Assembly (NCBI RefSeq): GCF_004010195.1
Contig: NC_057755.1
Span: 9,888,891 to 9,952,890 of the forward strand
Direction of reading: 5' to 3'
Length of the DNA stretch: 64,000 nt
Source of the DNA: Chiloscyllium plagiosum
Lineage: Eukaryota
Positions within the stretch are counted from its first letter, which is position 1. Every line of letters starts with the position of its first letter. A program made the translations under genes and the position numbers. The notes beneath the pieces were generated by a model. That model was not told the DNA's origin. It saw only the letters and a program-made list of their open reading frames with translations, and did not search any database. Shown piece after piece: positions 35,859 through 49,700 of this stretch.

Positions 35859-36614
35859 CCACTTTGACTGACCTCTGTCGAATATTTCAATTTATCCCCT
35901 CATTTCACTTTGCTGAGAGTTGAGGACACAGAGCTGTGGAGAACTGTGATCAAAGTGAATGTCAGAAACAGTGGAACTTTTATTTGTGTGTCCTGCAATT
36001 GAAACAAATATGAGAAGCCCACATTCACGTCCTGACTGAGAAGTGTATCACTGTGTGTTCACTGTCACCAATTCGAACACTAACTTCAGAAGCCCTGAAT
36101 GAATAAAGAAAAAAAATCTAACCTTCACAACTGCACAGCGCATTTCTATGTTAACAAAAACATTTAAATTTGCTGGTGAGTTTATTTCATCATGCATTGT
36201 CTCCAGAAAGAATTTAACAAGGCACCTTATCCTAAGATGCATATCATTTATGGAATTTACCTGTGCCTAATTTCCTTAAATCACAAAGGACACTAAATTA
36301 TTTTCCTTGGTATTTTCAATCAGTGGTCTAGGGAAGTTATGACACACACTCTGGAACTGGCGGGACTCAAACCTAGTTCTCCTTGCTTCAGAAATCGGAA
36401 GGCTACCATTGCGCCACAACAGTCCCAAGCGAGATGAAGGAATTTTGCTTAAAATGACCTTGGAAAGTTAATTCATACATCGACAATATTCGCTGCTCAT
36501 TTGTTTAATAACACTGCCTGACTACCAGGGAAGCTCTGGGGACCTGACACACAATAATGTCAGGAAATCGTTTGTTGCTATTGCTTTGATTTTGTTATTT
36601 TTATGAAATATATA

Positions 36615-37310
36615 TTTTTTGATTGTAGGTTTGCTCGCTGAGCTGGGAAGTTTGTTTCCAGATGTTTCGTCACCTTACTCGGTAGCATCTTCAGTGGGTC
36701 TCAGGCGAAGCAGTGTCCATGATTCCTGTTTTCTATTTATATGTTTTGGTTTCTTTGGGTTGGTGATGTCATTTCCTGTGGTCGTGCCATGTCCTGTGGT
36801 GATGTTATTTCCTGTTATTTTCTCAAGGGTTTGTAGATGGAGTCTAACTCGATGTGTTTGTTGATAGAGCTCCATTTGGAATGCCATACTTCTGGGAATT
36901 CTCGTGCGTGTTTCTGTTTGTCTTGTCCTAAAATGGGTGTGTTGTCCCAGTCGAAGTGGTGTCCATCCTTATCTGTGTGTAAGGATACTAGTGAGAGAGG
37001 GTCATGTCATTTTGTGGCTAGTTGGTGTTTATGCATCCTGGTGGCTAGTCTTCTGCCTGTTTGTCCAATGTAGTGTTTGTTACAGTTCTTGTATGGTATT
37101 TTGTAAATGACATTAGTTTTGCTCGTTGTCTATGTAGGGTCTTTCATGTTCATTAGCTGCTGCAATAGTGTGTTGGTGGGATTGTAGGCTCCCATGATGC
37201 CAAGGAGGTGTGAGTAGTCTGGCCGTCATTTTAAAGATGTCTTTGATGTAGGGGAGAGTGGTTAGGGTTTCTGGACGTGTTTTGTCTGCTTGTTTGGGTT
37301 TGTTGCTGAA
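36615..37310 (-). mobile_element. Penelope-like element (Poseidon-type) 3' fragment: GIY-YIG endonuclease and hammerhead-like core
   Basis: Minus translation 'YIGQTGRRLATRMHKH...HFDWDNTPILG...AREF..WHS'. CTGAAGA...GAAAC at 36694-36661. Confidence 0.82.
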
Positions 37311-39201
37311 AGAGATGTATTTTTTTTTTGGGTGAGGTACCTGTCAGGCTGACCACTTCTCTCTCCCACTGACCCCTTTTAAGTTAAGGGACAAAATAAT
37401 AATTAGGATTCCCTCCCTCTTCCTTCATTCATTAACCACATCGTCATAACCTATTTTAAAACTGCTCTGAAACACCTTGTTCTTCATTATTATTTTTAAG
37501 TAACTTCTTGTAGAGATTGGTGCACTTTGCAAGATTCTTTCCTTGTCTACTTTTTACTGCATCCTTGAAATGTTTCTGCTAACTTTACGTTATCCCTCAG
37601 TTTCTCTGTGTTCTGCACGTTTCTGTGTTTAAATAAGGACATTCAGATTATTTGGTCGAATTAAATTGTTAACGAACAGCTCCATTGATGTGCTGTCATT
37701 TTCACTATCAGAATCTTAGTAGTTTATTCTTACACATAGGCTGCCTCTGTCACTTCTCAATGATACCAGGAAAGAGAGCGAAACGCAATGATTAATGATC
37801 AACCATAAATGTATTGAATGTAGGATCAGGTCCTAGGGACTGAGTGGTCCCCGTTTGTATGCTCTAGTGTTTTTCATTGAGATTTGGGAATATTATAACG
37901 CTGAGGATTAAAACTAAACTTCAACAACAATGGGAGAGAAGGTAACACAACCAATAAATTGAGCACCAGGCCTTTTGGTGCCTCAAGTCTCCCCAATCAA
38001 AAATAACCACCCGTCAGTTTGAAACGTGTTTCCCAGTAGTTGGCTGACAGGATTGGCATCGCAATGCACATCAAAATGTATCTTCAGAGTGACGAAGATT
38101 TCTGCCTCTATTAGCCTCACAGGCTGTTAGTTCCACATTCCCACGACCCTTTGTGTGAATTAGGTTTTGCTCCCATCTGATTTAAATCTTCTGACCCTTG
38201 TCTAAATCGGCACCCTCGTTCTTTGATCCCACAATCAAGGGGAAATTTTATTTCCTGGCTACCATGTATATGCCCTTCATAAGTTATCCATTTCAATCAT
38301 GTCCATTTACAATTTCCTCTGCTCCAAGAAAAACATCACCACTCTGTCAAATTTCCCTTCAGAACTGCAAGTTCCCTGTTCAGGCAACATTATGGAAATG
38401 TTGGGATGGGAAACAAACGCATGTAAAAATGTACACGGGTAAAGACCCAGACAGGATAAAAAGGAGCAGGATGTTGCTCTCGATAAATGCAAAGAGAAAT
38501 TAAACAGTACAAACTTGAACACCAAGATTCAATCAACGCAAGGGAGATGAGAGCAAGTCCTAAAGTTTCAAGGAAGACAGTTAGAGGGAAAACAATAGAG
38601 TTATTTTTTCAAACTCAATAAGAATAGGGATAGGAATGATAATGGTGGCAAGGGACACATAAGTTGGTGAGAAGGGAACACTGATGGTGAAAGCTATCAG
38701 AGAAGAACGCAACACCAGGAATAAAACAAAGAATAAGTGGGAATAGCCAAGAATAAAAACAAAGTAGAGGAAGGAAAGGCAATGCCCAGGTCAGAGGAAG
38801 ACGAAGATTTAAAAAAATCATTGAGTTGACAAAAGATCATGGAAAGATTGACACCGATGACCAGAGGCAGATGAGGAAATCTAATATTGCGCACAGCAAT
38901 AACCAGAGACTTGGAGACAGAGAGGGAAAAGGGGAGAGACAGAGAGAAATAGAGAGAGAATAACACAGAGAGTGAACTAATTAAGTGGGAAAAGCAAACC
39001 ATTCATTCAAAAAATATTGGAGTGAATTGAAGGCAACAAATAAATGAGTGTTGGAGATAACAAGGACTGAAACTGAACAGGAGAATATGCAAAACAAAAA
39101 GGCAACAAATGAACTCACTACGTTTACCATTCCCAAAAGTTAAAGAGTAACACTTCTGGAAAATTGCATTTCATAAACAACACAGTCCGGAATTGTCATA
39201 C

Positions 39202-39271
39202 CGGTTATACCAACTGTTGCCAGAACAGAATAGAATATAAGCTCTATCAAAGACGTTTCAGACCAAAACAT
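39202..39271 (-). pseudogene. Exon 1 of the GPR139-like pseudogene (absent from the ORF track)
   Basis: ATG...MFWSETSLIELIFYSVLATVGIT + G|GTATGA donor. Same phase and similar TM1 sequence as exon 1 at 21568-21634. Confidence 0.85.
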
Positions 39272-39644
39272 CACCTTCCTGAAAGTCGATTACTCTCCAG
39301 TTTTAGACATTCAATCCAAATGTTAGAATAAGAGAGTGAGGGGTGGCTGTCCACTATTTTTATGTCCCTGGTGATTGTATGACGTTGCAATGACACTGTT
39401 CCTCGTTACACGTTCCTGAGCAACAAGAAAATATACTGTCGAGAACTTCAATTTCTGACTCACTGCGTAATGTAGCAAAATGTTCAATTAAAGGAAGATG
39501 ACGTTGCTAATATGGGAAGTGGGTAAGGTGGTAATTCACCCCGTCACCTTACACCAAGAGGCAGTCAAACTCCTTGGGATCATGTCTACTGGTTTGGTTC
39601 GTCGTTAAAGGAAAGGGTATGATACGTTTTATTATTGTCACATT

Positions 39645-39905
39645 ATCGAATCCCTACAGTGTGGAAGCAGGCCATTCAGCCCATCGTTCCTCCAGGCATG
39701 TCACACTCAGAACCACCATATCCCTGTAATCCCACATTTCCCATGGCTAATCTAACGAACGTGCATATCGTTGGACTGTGGGAGGAAATGCACGCAGACA
39801 CAGGGGGAAAGTGTTACCTGCACACAGACAGTTCCGTGAGGATGGAATGGAATCTGAGTCACAGGCAATGGGAGACAGCAGTGAGAACCATTGTGCCAGC
39901 GTACC
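39645..39905 (-). mobile_element. Degenerate HE1-like SINE
   Basis: 'TACAGTGTGGAAGCAGGCC...GGACTGTGGGAGGAAA'. Confidence 0.72.
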
Positions 39906-42498
39906 ACTCACATGTCCCCAGTAGCGAGTAAATAATCAATGTTTTGCATGCTATACAGCATTATGGCCCAGACCACATTCCTTCAGAATGTATTAAGGAG
40001 ATAGCTGAGTCGCTTCCTCTTTTTTATATAGTCAAGTGACAGGCAATGTCTTCCAGTTTCAAATTGATTGGTCAAACTATCAGATTTGAAGCAAACAAAA
40101 ACGAACATTTTACTCATACACTACAGTTAAATTACAAGAAATGAAGGACTGGATTAAGTTAACGCTTTTCGGAAAAAAAAACCTGAATAATAGATTATTA
40201 GCTACTTAACAATAACTGTTCCAAGATGGTAACACCATGGGAAAAGGCAATTTCAGTAAATAGATTGTCTCACCGGCAATTCTCCAGTCCAGGGAAGAGA
40301 CATCAACAGAAAAGGGATACGGAGAGAGACAGACAGAGCGAGACAGAGAGAGAGACAGAGAGTAGAAGAGAGAGTTTTAGAGTAACTACCGAACACCAGC
40401 TTCAAGACTCCTGCAACAACTAAAACAAAAAAGTCTGGCTCTTGGGGAGAGTGAACCCACTCTTTCAGGTATCTTCTATTGTTCCAACCTTTACGAAGTT
40501 AACCAAAGGCCTCACAAGCTACTTAAGTCATTGAATTCAAGTAGAAACCTATTCATGTTGATCTTAAAACTTCTCTTCAAAAATAAAGACGCAATCCCCC
40601 TCTCCTTGAATCCAGAGTCTCATCAAATATCACTCCTTATAAAACGGGATTCGTTAACGTACAAAGATGGTTTCATTTTTTTTAAAAAAAGTTTGTTTTC
40701 CATTGTTAGTACAAGACAGTGCATATACAGTACATTGATTTAAACAGTCATTACCACAGCCCATTTCAGGCCTTTTTTTCCTGCTACTGTCTTTCGCCAC
40801 CCAAGTCCCGACAAAATGTGTCATCAAATATGTTCCCTTGTCCTACTGCATGGATGAATTTCAAATTGAATGGCTGCAATAAGCTTCATCTCAACAGTGT
40901 CGCATTTGTATTCATTATAATTTTCCAAAAGCTTTAAGGGATCATGTTTGGTGTGTGTAATTGTCTTGGATATAGTACTGGTAAATTAAGTAGTTAAATG
41001 TTATAAGGCCAGCACAATGCTCAAACTCTTATTTTAAAGCATGGAATATTTCTGTCCTGGTTATCGAATACTCTGAAAAGAGTACCAGTTGATCTTTAGA
41101 TCTGCTCATTGTCTTATTGCAAGAGTACAACATGAAGAACCACATCACTTGCATTGATAGCCACATTCAATGGTTTTGCATAATTAGGTGTAGCTTATAT
41201 TGGGGCAGAGCTTAACACGGCTGTCAGGGTGTCAAATACCTTCTGATACTCCTCTGTACACTGAAATCTTGTGCACTTGTTCAAAAATGTCAGACAGTGG
41301 AGAAAGCACATTGTTCAAATTCACTAGAAAATTGAACTAAAACTACTCAATCCATGGAATTGTTTGACATCTTCTTCATTGAGGCCATGGGAAACTCCAT
41401 AATAACCTCAGTTTTAAATCCCATAGGGCCATCTTTCTGCATACAGTAACATGGCCCTCAAATGTGGCTTGGGCTTTTGTGAATTCACTATAAGACATGT
41501 TTATCACGAACCCCGCATTATAAAGTTCTTGTTAATGTTGCAAAAAATCCTTTCATGTGTGGCTAAAAATCACCAGATCATCGATGATCGCAACTTAATT
41601 GGATGATCCTCAAATAACTTCATTGGTTAGTGTTTGAAATGGATTTTCCATATTTTTCATTCCAAATGGCATCACTTTCAATAGGTACAATCCATTCATT
41701 GTCAGAAAAGCCGACATTTCCTTCACTCATTCAGACAAATGCATTTGCTCGTATTCTCTGAGCAAGTCCACCTTGGGAATATACTTGCTCCACCTTCCCA
41801 ATATTGTCTTCCAAATTTGGAAAATTGGTATGATCAGATTTTGTAACCACACTGATTAACGACAGTCCCCACAAAATGGTTAGGTCCCATCAGGTTTTGG
41901 CACGCTTACTGTGGAGGAACCCGAATCGCTCCAATACATTTCGATTATGTTGTCTTTGAACAAGTCTTCAATCTTTCTTTGAAACTATGCGAAATTTAGA
42001 CGGCTAAGTAATTTGCTCATTTAGAACAGCCTTTCCTATATCTATCACTTGCATAATTGGATTAATAGTTACCAGCTTTTGCACACTTTCCTCCCGCTAT
42101 GGATTTCTGTAAATGTCAAGTCATTTTGATTTTCTTCTGAGGGTAACACAAAACTTTATCGCATTTATTGAGAACTTCCTCGTTGTCCAATGTTACTTGA
42201 AGAATATCAAATACAGTGTCCTCTGAACTTGATTCTTCACTCTGAGTTTTAACCAGTAACACATACATCTTCTGATTTCCTTGCCCATCAAAATACCTTT
42301 TGAGCATATTGCCATGACACACTCTGTGAGATTTCTTCCTTACTGGCATTCTTATTAAATAAGTTATCTCACTTAGTTTCCTTCCAATTCCATAAGCTTG
42401 CTTGTACTCAGTATTAAAGGTTCCCTGGCTACTGGTCGTAAAACTATAATTTCACCTCCAACAATAAAATTCTTGTCTGTTTCCTGTTTCATCACATT

Positions 42499-43638
42499 AG
42501 AACATAGAACATAGAAAAATATAGCACAGAACAGGCAGTTTGGCCCACGATGTTGTGTCCAGATTTAATCCCAATGTAAAATATAATAACTTAACCTACG
42601 CCCTCCTCAACTCACTGCTGTCCATGTGCATGCCCAGCAGTCGCTTAAAAGTTCCCAATGACTCTACTTCCACCACCACATCTGGCAATGCATTCCATGC
42701 ATTCGCAACTCTCTACATAAAGAACCTACTTCTGACCTCTCCTTTATACCTCCCTCCTATTATCTTCAAACTATGACTTCTCGTACCAGTCAATCCTTCC
42801 CTGGCTATTGAATTTTTCTATTGTTCTCATTACTTTGTACACCTCGATCAGGTCTCCTTTCTTCCTCCTTCTCTGAGCTTATTCAACACTTCTTCATAAG
42901 GCAAGCCCTCCAGTCCAGGCAGCATCCTGGTAAACCTTCTTTGCACTATCTCGAAATCCTCTGCATTTTCCCACAGTAGGGCGACAAGAACTGGACACAA
43001 TATTCCAAGTGTGGTCTCACCAGAGACTTGTAGAGCTGCAGCAAAACCTCGCAGTTCTTAAACTCGAACCCTTGTTAATGACAGCCAAAACACCATATGC
43101 TTTATTAACAACCCAAACCACTTGGGTGGAAATTTTGAGGGATCTATGTACTTGCACACCCAGATCCCTCTGTTGTTCCACATTGCCAAGAATCCTGTAT
43201 TTAATCCTATATTCAGCATTCGAGTTCTACCTTCCAAAATGTATCATTTCGCATTTATCCAGATTGAATTCCATCTGCTATTTCTCAGTCCAGCTCTGCA
43301 TCCTGTCTATGTCGCGCTGCAGCCCATAATAGCCCTCTATACTGTCAACGACACCTCCAACCTTTGTGTCAACTGGAAATTTACTAACCCACCCCTCAAA
43401 CTCCTGATCCAAGTCATGTATAAAAAAAAAACTACAAAGAGCAGAGACCAAAGAACCGAGCCCTGTGGGACCCCGCACAACACTCTCCTCCAGGCAGAAT
43501 ACTTTCTATTTCCAACAACTCTCTGTCTTCTGTCAGCTAGCCAATTCTGAATCCAGACAGCCAAATCTCCCTCTATCCTATACTCCCTGACTTTATGAAT
43601 GAGCCTTCCATGGGGAACCCTATCAAATGTCTTGCTGC
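42499..43638 (-). mobile_element. CR1 RT/3' fragment nested in element C
   Basis: 'WIQNWLADRRQRVV...GVPQGSVL' and 'VSKFPVDTKVGG', with an (AGAACAT)n tail. Confidence 0.88.
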
Positions 43639-46169
43639 ACTACTTTCAAATGTTTTCAAATGCTGTCTAACTGATACACCTGCTCTCTCTATTTTATTTT
43701 CAGAAAATTTTACATAGTGCAAACGTGTATTCTCTGAACTCTGACTCACTAATTTCTCCTTAATCTATTTAAGTGGTCCTCTCACCTCATGAACAAAAAC
43801 TACATTAAATTGACAGAATTCATTAATTCAGTAGTTGCATCCCTAATTGCAAAACGTGCAAATTGAATCCTCGAGAATATCAGCTATCAATATGGCCTTC
43901 AAACTTCGATATCACCATTTACTTCTGCTACAGTTCTGCTGGCAATCAGTGAATTTAAATCATTTCATTCGGCAGTTATCCATAATTTCCTTACATAGTT
44001 TTGATGCAAAATGCGACCCTTGCCCTAATTGCACCTCCGTGGAAAGTCTGCAATGAGAAAAAAAAAATGACAAACTATTTTTTAATACGTTTACACATAT
44101 AACTACATCATGGAATGGCCTCTGGAAATCTAGTGGACATTCATTATTTGATTCCTGATTAAATCCTGATTCCAACTTTTTGGTTTAGGTGCGGGTTCTA
44201 CGCAAACAATGCATATCATTTAAAATGGTTCCTCAAAGGCGGGAATAGTTATTAAGGGTATTAGATTTATCACTGCCTGAAGTTTTCCAATTACCTGACA
44301 TGCATGACATGTTACACAGCTTCAATCACATTCTTATGCACTTCAGATGAACAAAATTATGTTTGTATTTTGAATTGAGATTTCCTTTCTCCCAACTGAC
44401 CTCCTATTGGTAATGTGTGTGCTACCCACCACACTGAATTTCTATAATGCACTGGTAAAACAACTTGATGAACTTCTACTCATTTTCCAACTGCCTGAAT
44501 ATGCAATGTTTTTTGTTTCCTCATCAAGACGTCATTTTTATGAAGTAATATCCTGGGATACACTCCCACTCACAGTGTTCTTCTCTGCATTCAATTTGAT
44601 AAAACTATTTCGCATTTTCAGTTTCCCGTTGTAATTTAGCGAATTTCGCTGAACTGTAAATACCCTCCCACTATAATTGTTTTCTCTCAACTATTTGATC
44701 AACAATTGTCACATTTGAAATGCATCTCGTTGGGGGAATGAATAGGAAGAGTCTAAGAGAGATATGGACCCAGTGCTGGCAAATGGGCCTAAATTTATGT
44801 ACGAAAATTGGTTGGCATGGACCAGTTGGACTGCAGGGTCTATTTCAGTGTTGTGTATCTCTATGACTGTAAAGAGAGTCTCGGATAATTGAATTTCAAC
44901 TTACTTTCCATAATTGTTTGATTTTTCATCCTGTTTGCTCTTGTGGCTCTTTGACCTTGTTATCAGGATATAATTATTTTAACATTTCATTCGCCTTACA
45001 TTCCACTGGCCTTTCAACCATTGCAGGCATTGTCTCCTGTAATCTACAAATATCAGTACCATGTATGAACGGCATGTTTGGATGTGGGAATTCTTGTATT
45101 ATTCCAAACATCACTTCACCCTGTTTCACTGGACTCTCCACTCTCACTATTTATAATGGATAACTGTTTTCTTACCATGAATTCCATGTATTACCATTTC
45201 TTTTCTGGCAAGACTCCTTCTGGATTGCATCCTCTTCCCTCTCCATCAAAGGTTGACAACGTCCTGTATCTCTTTAAATCATAATTTCTTTACCTGGTCT
45301 TCCTGGTATAATGAGGAAACGTTACCCTTGCAAGGGTATTCATTAAAACGATCTGGCACCTCCTTCTCAATCAATACCTCGTCAAGTTTTACGTTATTTT
45401 CCAGCTTCTTAGTTTCCACTCTACTTTTCTGTAACACTTCAAAAACAAACTTGCTTATCCTGTTTCCCATATCTATCTTCCCACTGAGTTTTCCTATACC
45501 ATCACCCTGTGACTTCATGCTGCAGACTTCATTACAGTGAAAAAAGGGATATCTTTCACTTCTCTTATTCTCTCATGGTTTTAGTTTTCACTATGTAGTA
45601 AACTATCTTCATTATCTTCATTGAGATCCCCTTTTCCCTAACCACCTGACGATATCTCTTTTCCTCAACTTCTATTCCTAACAGAGTGAAATTGGTGCCA
45701 GGAGGGAATCTTCGATTTATGAGCCTACTCTGCCATTTGCACTACTAGTCTTGCAGTCTTAACTGTCTGCTCGTCCACATGCGTTCTCATTACTTCAGGA
45801 AATGAATTTTATAACACTTCCAAAATTATCATGTCTCTAATATGTTGGTACGATGTTCAACAATGTTCTTATCGACTGATCAAAATTACTTTTATCCTTT
45901 CAAACTCTCTGCATGTTTGATCAGGTTCCCTCCTTAGATTACAGAAACGTGGTTTACAGATCTCTGATACCAGATCATGTGCTTTCTTCACATCATTATA
46001 TTACCCAGATACCTCCTCCGACGGTGATAAAAATACATCACTAGCTCAACCTTTGGTTGGACCAACAAGAACCATTTGATTCTCATCAATTTAATTTGTT
46101 TACCCTTTTCTCAAATGAAATGAAAAAAGGTTTCAACATCCTTCTTGCTAAACTTAGGCAACACTTGGA

Positions 46170-46300
46170 GGTCGCCACTGATGATGTTACCTAGCCAGGT
46201 AATGGAACGTCTGGATATCAAACGTACAGCGAGCAAACCTACACCCTAAACCTCAATCTGAACTACAACCCTTCACAAACCTTGCAAAAACACTTGTATA
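46170..46300 (+). mobile_element. Penelope-like 3' end with hammerhead-like core, nested in gag of element C
   Basis: CTGATGA-TGTTACC-TAGCCA-GGTAATG-GAACGTC (46178-46211). Similar to the reverse complement of 36615-36700. Confidence 0.7.
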
Positions 46301-47729
46301 TATTTAAACGTAGTCTTTGGTCGTGAAGGGATTGCTCACCGTCACTGTCCTCATCCCTATTCCTATTTTTTGCTTGTATCTCTGCCATTTTAACTGAACT
46401 TTGAGTTATTATTTCCAACCACTGACGCTCAGTAGTTTTCCCTTTCTTCATTTCTTCTCTCTCTTTCTACCGTTCTTCTGTAAAGGAATTATTTCCTTTC
46501 CCTTTCCCTCTGCTTTTAATCATAATTCAAACAGTTTCATTTCTTTTTCTTTTTGTTCTGCCAGGGTTCTTACTTCTTTTTCTTTTTCCCCTGTCACTGC
46601 TTCTAGTTTAAGCTGCTGCATTTGCAATTCAACTTTAGCCATTACTCTGATGGCATTGCTAACCATTGTAAATGCCGCACGACTGCCAGAAGTATCTCTA
46701 ATTTCCTCACAGACAGATTCAACCACACTCCAGCTTGTTTGCCAATTCCAAAAGCTTTGCCTTGCTCCCTATCTGTAAAACACATGTAGTGACTTCTTCC
46801 ATTCCCAGGAAAATCTGAGTGACCGAAGTAGCCATTAATACATTAGGGACACCCTATTTAAAGTAACTGGATGGGACAGCAGAAATGAAAAAAAAACAGT
46901 AACAGGAACACTCAGAACTCATTGTCTTTGAGTTTAACAATTCGAAAAACAAACACGAATGCAATATTTTGATCTCGATAAGAGCCCCCAAATTGTTATG
47001 GTCCAGATCAAACCTCCTCAATATCTTAAGAAGATGACCAAATCTCAACTTTTTCTTATTTTAAAGGCAAGTGCCAGATGTTGCATTCCTGTTGCAAAGC
47101 GATTATTCAAACTACCAGACTTGCAGCAAAATACACTTTATTCGTACACCTTGAAACACGCAACAAGCAAAAGAAGTAGAATAATTTAACTCTTTCCGAT
47201 ATCTTGTCGGCATGGACGAGTTGTTCAGAAGGGTCTGTTTCCATGCTTTACAATTCTACCATCAAATGAATCTACTGGAATGCGTAATCGAATAACAGAT
47301 GTTTTAACGAATAAGCCATAACTGTCCCAAAAAAGCAACGTTCAACAAAACAAAAAAATCCATAGCAAGGGGAAACTCAGTACAATATATTGACTCAACG
47401 GCAATTTCCCAGTCCAAGAGAGAAAAAAAAAATCAAAAGAAACCTTTAAGATGGAGAGAGGTACTGCATCTTCGAAACACAGGCAGGAGACCCGAGAAAC
47501 AATTGCTATGGAAAAAACTAATAAAATTCCTGCTTCCGGGATGTTTGACCCAACCCATTTAGGCTGCGTCTATTGTTCCACCTCCTTTTAAATGCACAAG
47601 GCCTCACAAGTTTTTTGTTTAATTCAAATAGCCAACTCATCACCTTTCTCTTAAAAGCTCTCCAAAACAAAAAAAAAGTCAGGACAAAATGCATCTCTTA
47701 AAGCCATTGTATCGTCATAACAGGCAAAT

Positions 47730-48320
47730 CATACCATCCACAATTACGTCATGGCAATAGAAAAGAATACTCAATATCGTGTTACAGCAACAGAGAAGGT
47801 GCAGAGAGAGAACATCTCAAATATCTAGAGGATCGTTCTTAAGTCTGATAACAGCAGGGGTGAAACTGTTCTTGAATCTGTTCGCATCTGTTTTCAAACT
47901 TTATTCTGCTCGATAGAAGTGGGTGAAAGGGAGTATAATTGTGGAAAGGGGGGTATTTGATTATTTTGGTTGGGTTCCCGAGGCAGTGAGAAGAAAAGAT
48001 GGAGTCAATGGATGGAAGCCTGGTTTGTGTGATGGACTGGGCAATGTTCATAAGTTTTTGTAATTTCATGTACTTAGCAAAGATGGATCATTATGAAAGT
48101 TTTCGATCGTGCTTTTTTTTTTATAAATTGGTAAGGACCATTGTAAACGTGCTGAATTTCTTAACTTTCTGATGAAGTAAAATCGTTGATGCGATTTATT
48201 GACCGTAGCGTTGCCGTGGATGAACCAGAGCGGATTATTAATAATATTTCCTCCTCAGTAATTGAATTTCTCAACTGTCTCAGCCTCAGCATTGATACAG
48301 GCAGGGGTGTGCCCACCACT
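47730..48320 (-). mobile_element. Rex1-like 3' fragment
   Basis: 'KLQKLMNIAQSITQTRLPSIDSI..HCL' resembles 5611..5985. Confidence 0.72.
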
Positions 48321-49409
48321 AGGAGCAGCAGATGTCACTTCTGACCACAGAGCAATCTATAGGAGACAATTTATTTTACAATATGACAGGATCAGTTAAC
48401 CACCTGCAAGCAAAGGACCTCTAGGTAGAAGTGACCAGAATAAATGTAATTTCAAATCAAGTTTGAAAGGGGCAAGAGTGGGTGTAAGACCAGCATTTAA
48501 ACATAAAGGAAAAAAAAAACAGTATGTCGGTATTAGTACTGAGCTATCAGAAATGAACATAGATATCAGTTGAATAGATCGACCAGAATCAATGGTAGGA
48601 ACTAAGAGGATTATTCAATAAAGTAAGATACATCGTTCTCTTTATTTTATTTTTTTGCGATGTAGGTTTTGTTGCCTGGGCCAGCATTTACTGTCTGCCC
48701 CTAATTGGCCTTGAGAAGGTGGTAGCCAGCTACCTCTTGAAACACTGCAGTTCATCTGGTGTTGGTGGACCACAAGGTGTTCCTGGAATTTTCCCCAGTG
48801 ACTCTGCAGGGGCAGTATATTTTCAAGTCAGAATTTTGGGTGGCGTGGAGGGGAAGCTACAAGATGTTGGCGATCCCACATATTGTTTTCCACATTCATT
48901 CATGTTAGAAATGATTATAGTTTGAAGAAATACTTTCTAGGTAACTTTTGGTGAATTTCTGCAACAAATCTTGAAGGTAAGGGTCAGTTGTAGAGGTAAT
49001 GGATCTTTGTGAATGTTCTGCCAATAACGCAAGCTGCTTTTTCTTGAATGACGTCAAGCTTTTTGAGTGTTGTTGGAGCTGCACTCATGCAGGCAAGTGA
49101 AAATATTTCATCCCACTCTTGACATGTCTCCTGCAGACAGTGGACAGGCTTTGACGAACCGGAAGGTGAGTTACTCGCTGCAAGATTATTCGCATCTGAT
49201 GTCCTCTTGCAACCACTGCAATTATGTCGGGAGTCGACTTGAAGTTTTGCTCAATAGTAGTTGCACTGAGTATGTCATACTATTGAAGCGAAATGAATGT
49301 GCAAGTCAATCTGGATGCAGATTGAAGAAGACCACCATCTCATCTCATGTAGGATGCTGCGGAAAAGCAAATGGCATGACCAAAAGTGTGTTCTCTGCTG
49401 GATGACATC

Positions 49410-49700
49410 GCTATGTGTGCATGTGTAGGAATGTGCATTTGAGCGCGTGAGTCTACAAGATTGACTGTGTGTATGTGTGCAGCTGTGTACGTTTGCATGT
49501 TCATAACTGTGTGTGTTTATGTTTGAATGCGAATATGTATGTATGTCAGTGTGTTTGAGTATGTGATTGTGTGTGTATGTGTTAGAGTGTGTCTGCACGC
49601 ATGTGAGTTCACACGCTTGTGTGTGGGAGGCTGTGCTTTGGAGTAATTCCGCCTTTGAGTGCGGATATAAGTAAGGGTATACGTGTGAATGTATGTACTG
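49410..49700. repeat. Degenerate (TG)n tract
   Basis: Direct reading. Positional equivalent of 23830-24380. Confidence 0.85.

Larger units (their letters stand above)
39959..47722 (-). mobile_element. Gmr1-like Gypsy LTR retrotransposon C, heavily decayed
   Basis: LTRs at ~39959-40627 and 46994-47722, and PBS-like TGGGGGCTC at 46990-46982. Gag ~45600-46830, integrase ~43650-44300 plus 42116..42349 ('RVCHGNMLKRY'), RT ~41400-42050 and RNase H ~40880-41200. Confidence 0.82.

Noticed and set aside
48660..49260. Possible old LINE-derived segment
   Set aside because: It looks repeat-like, but I found no diagnostic motif to support a family call.
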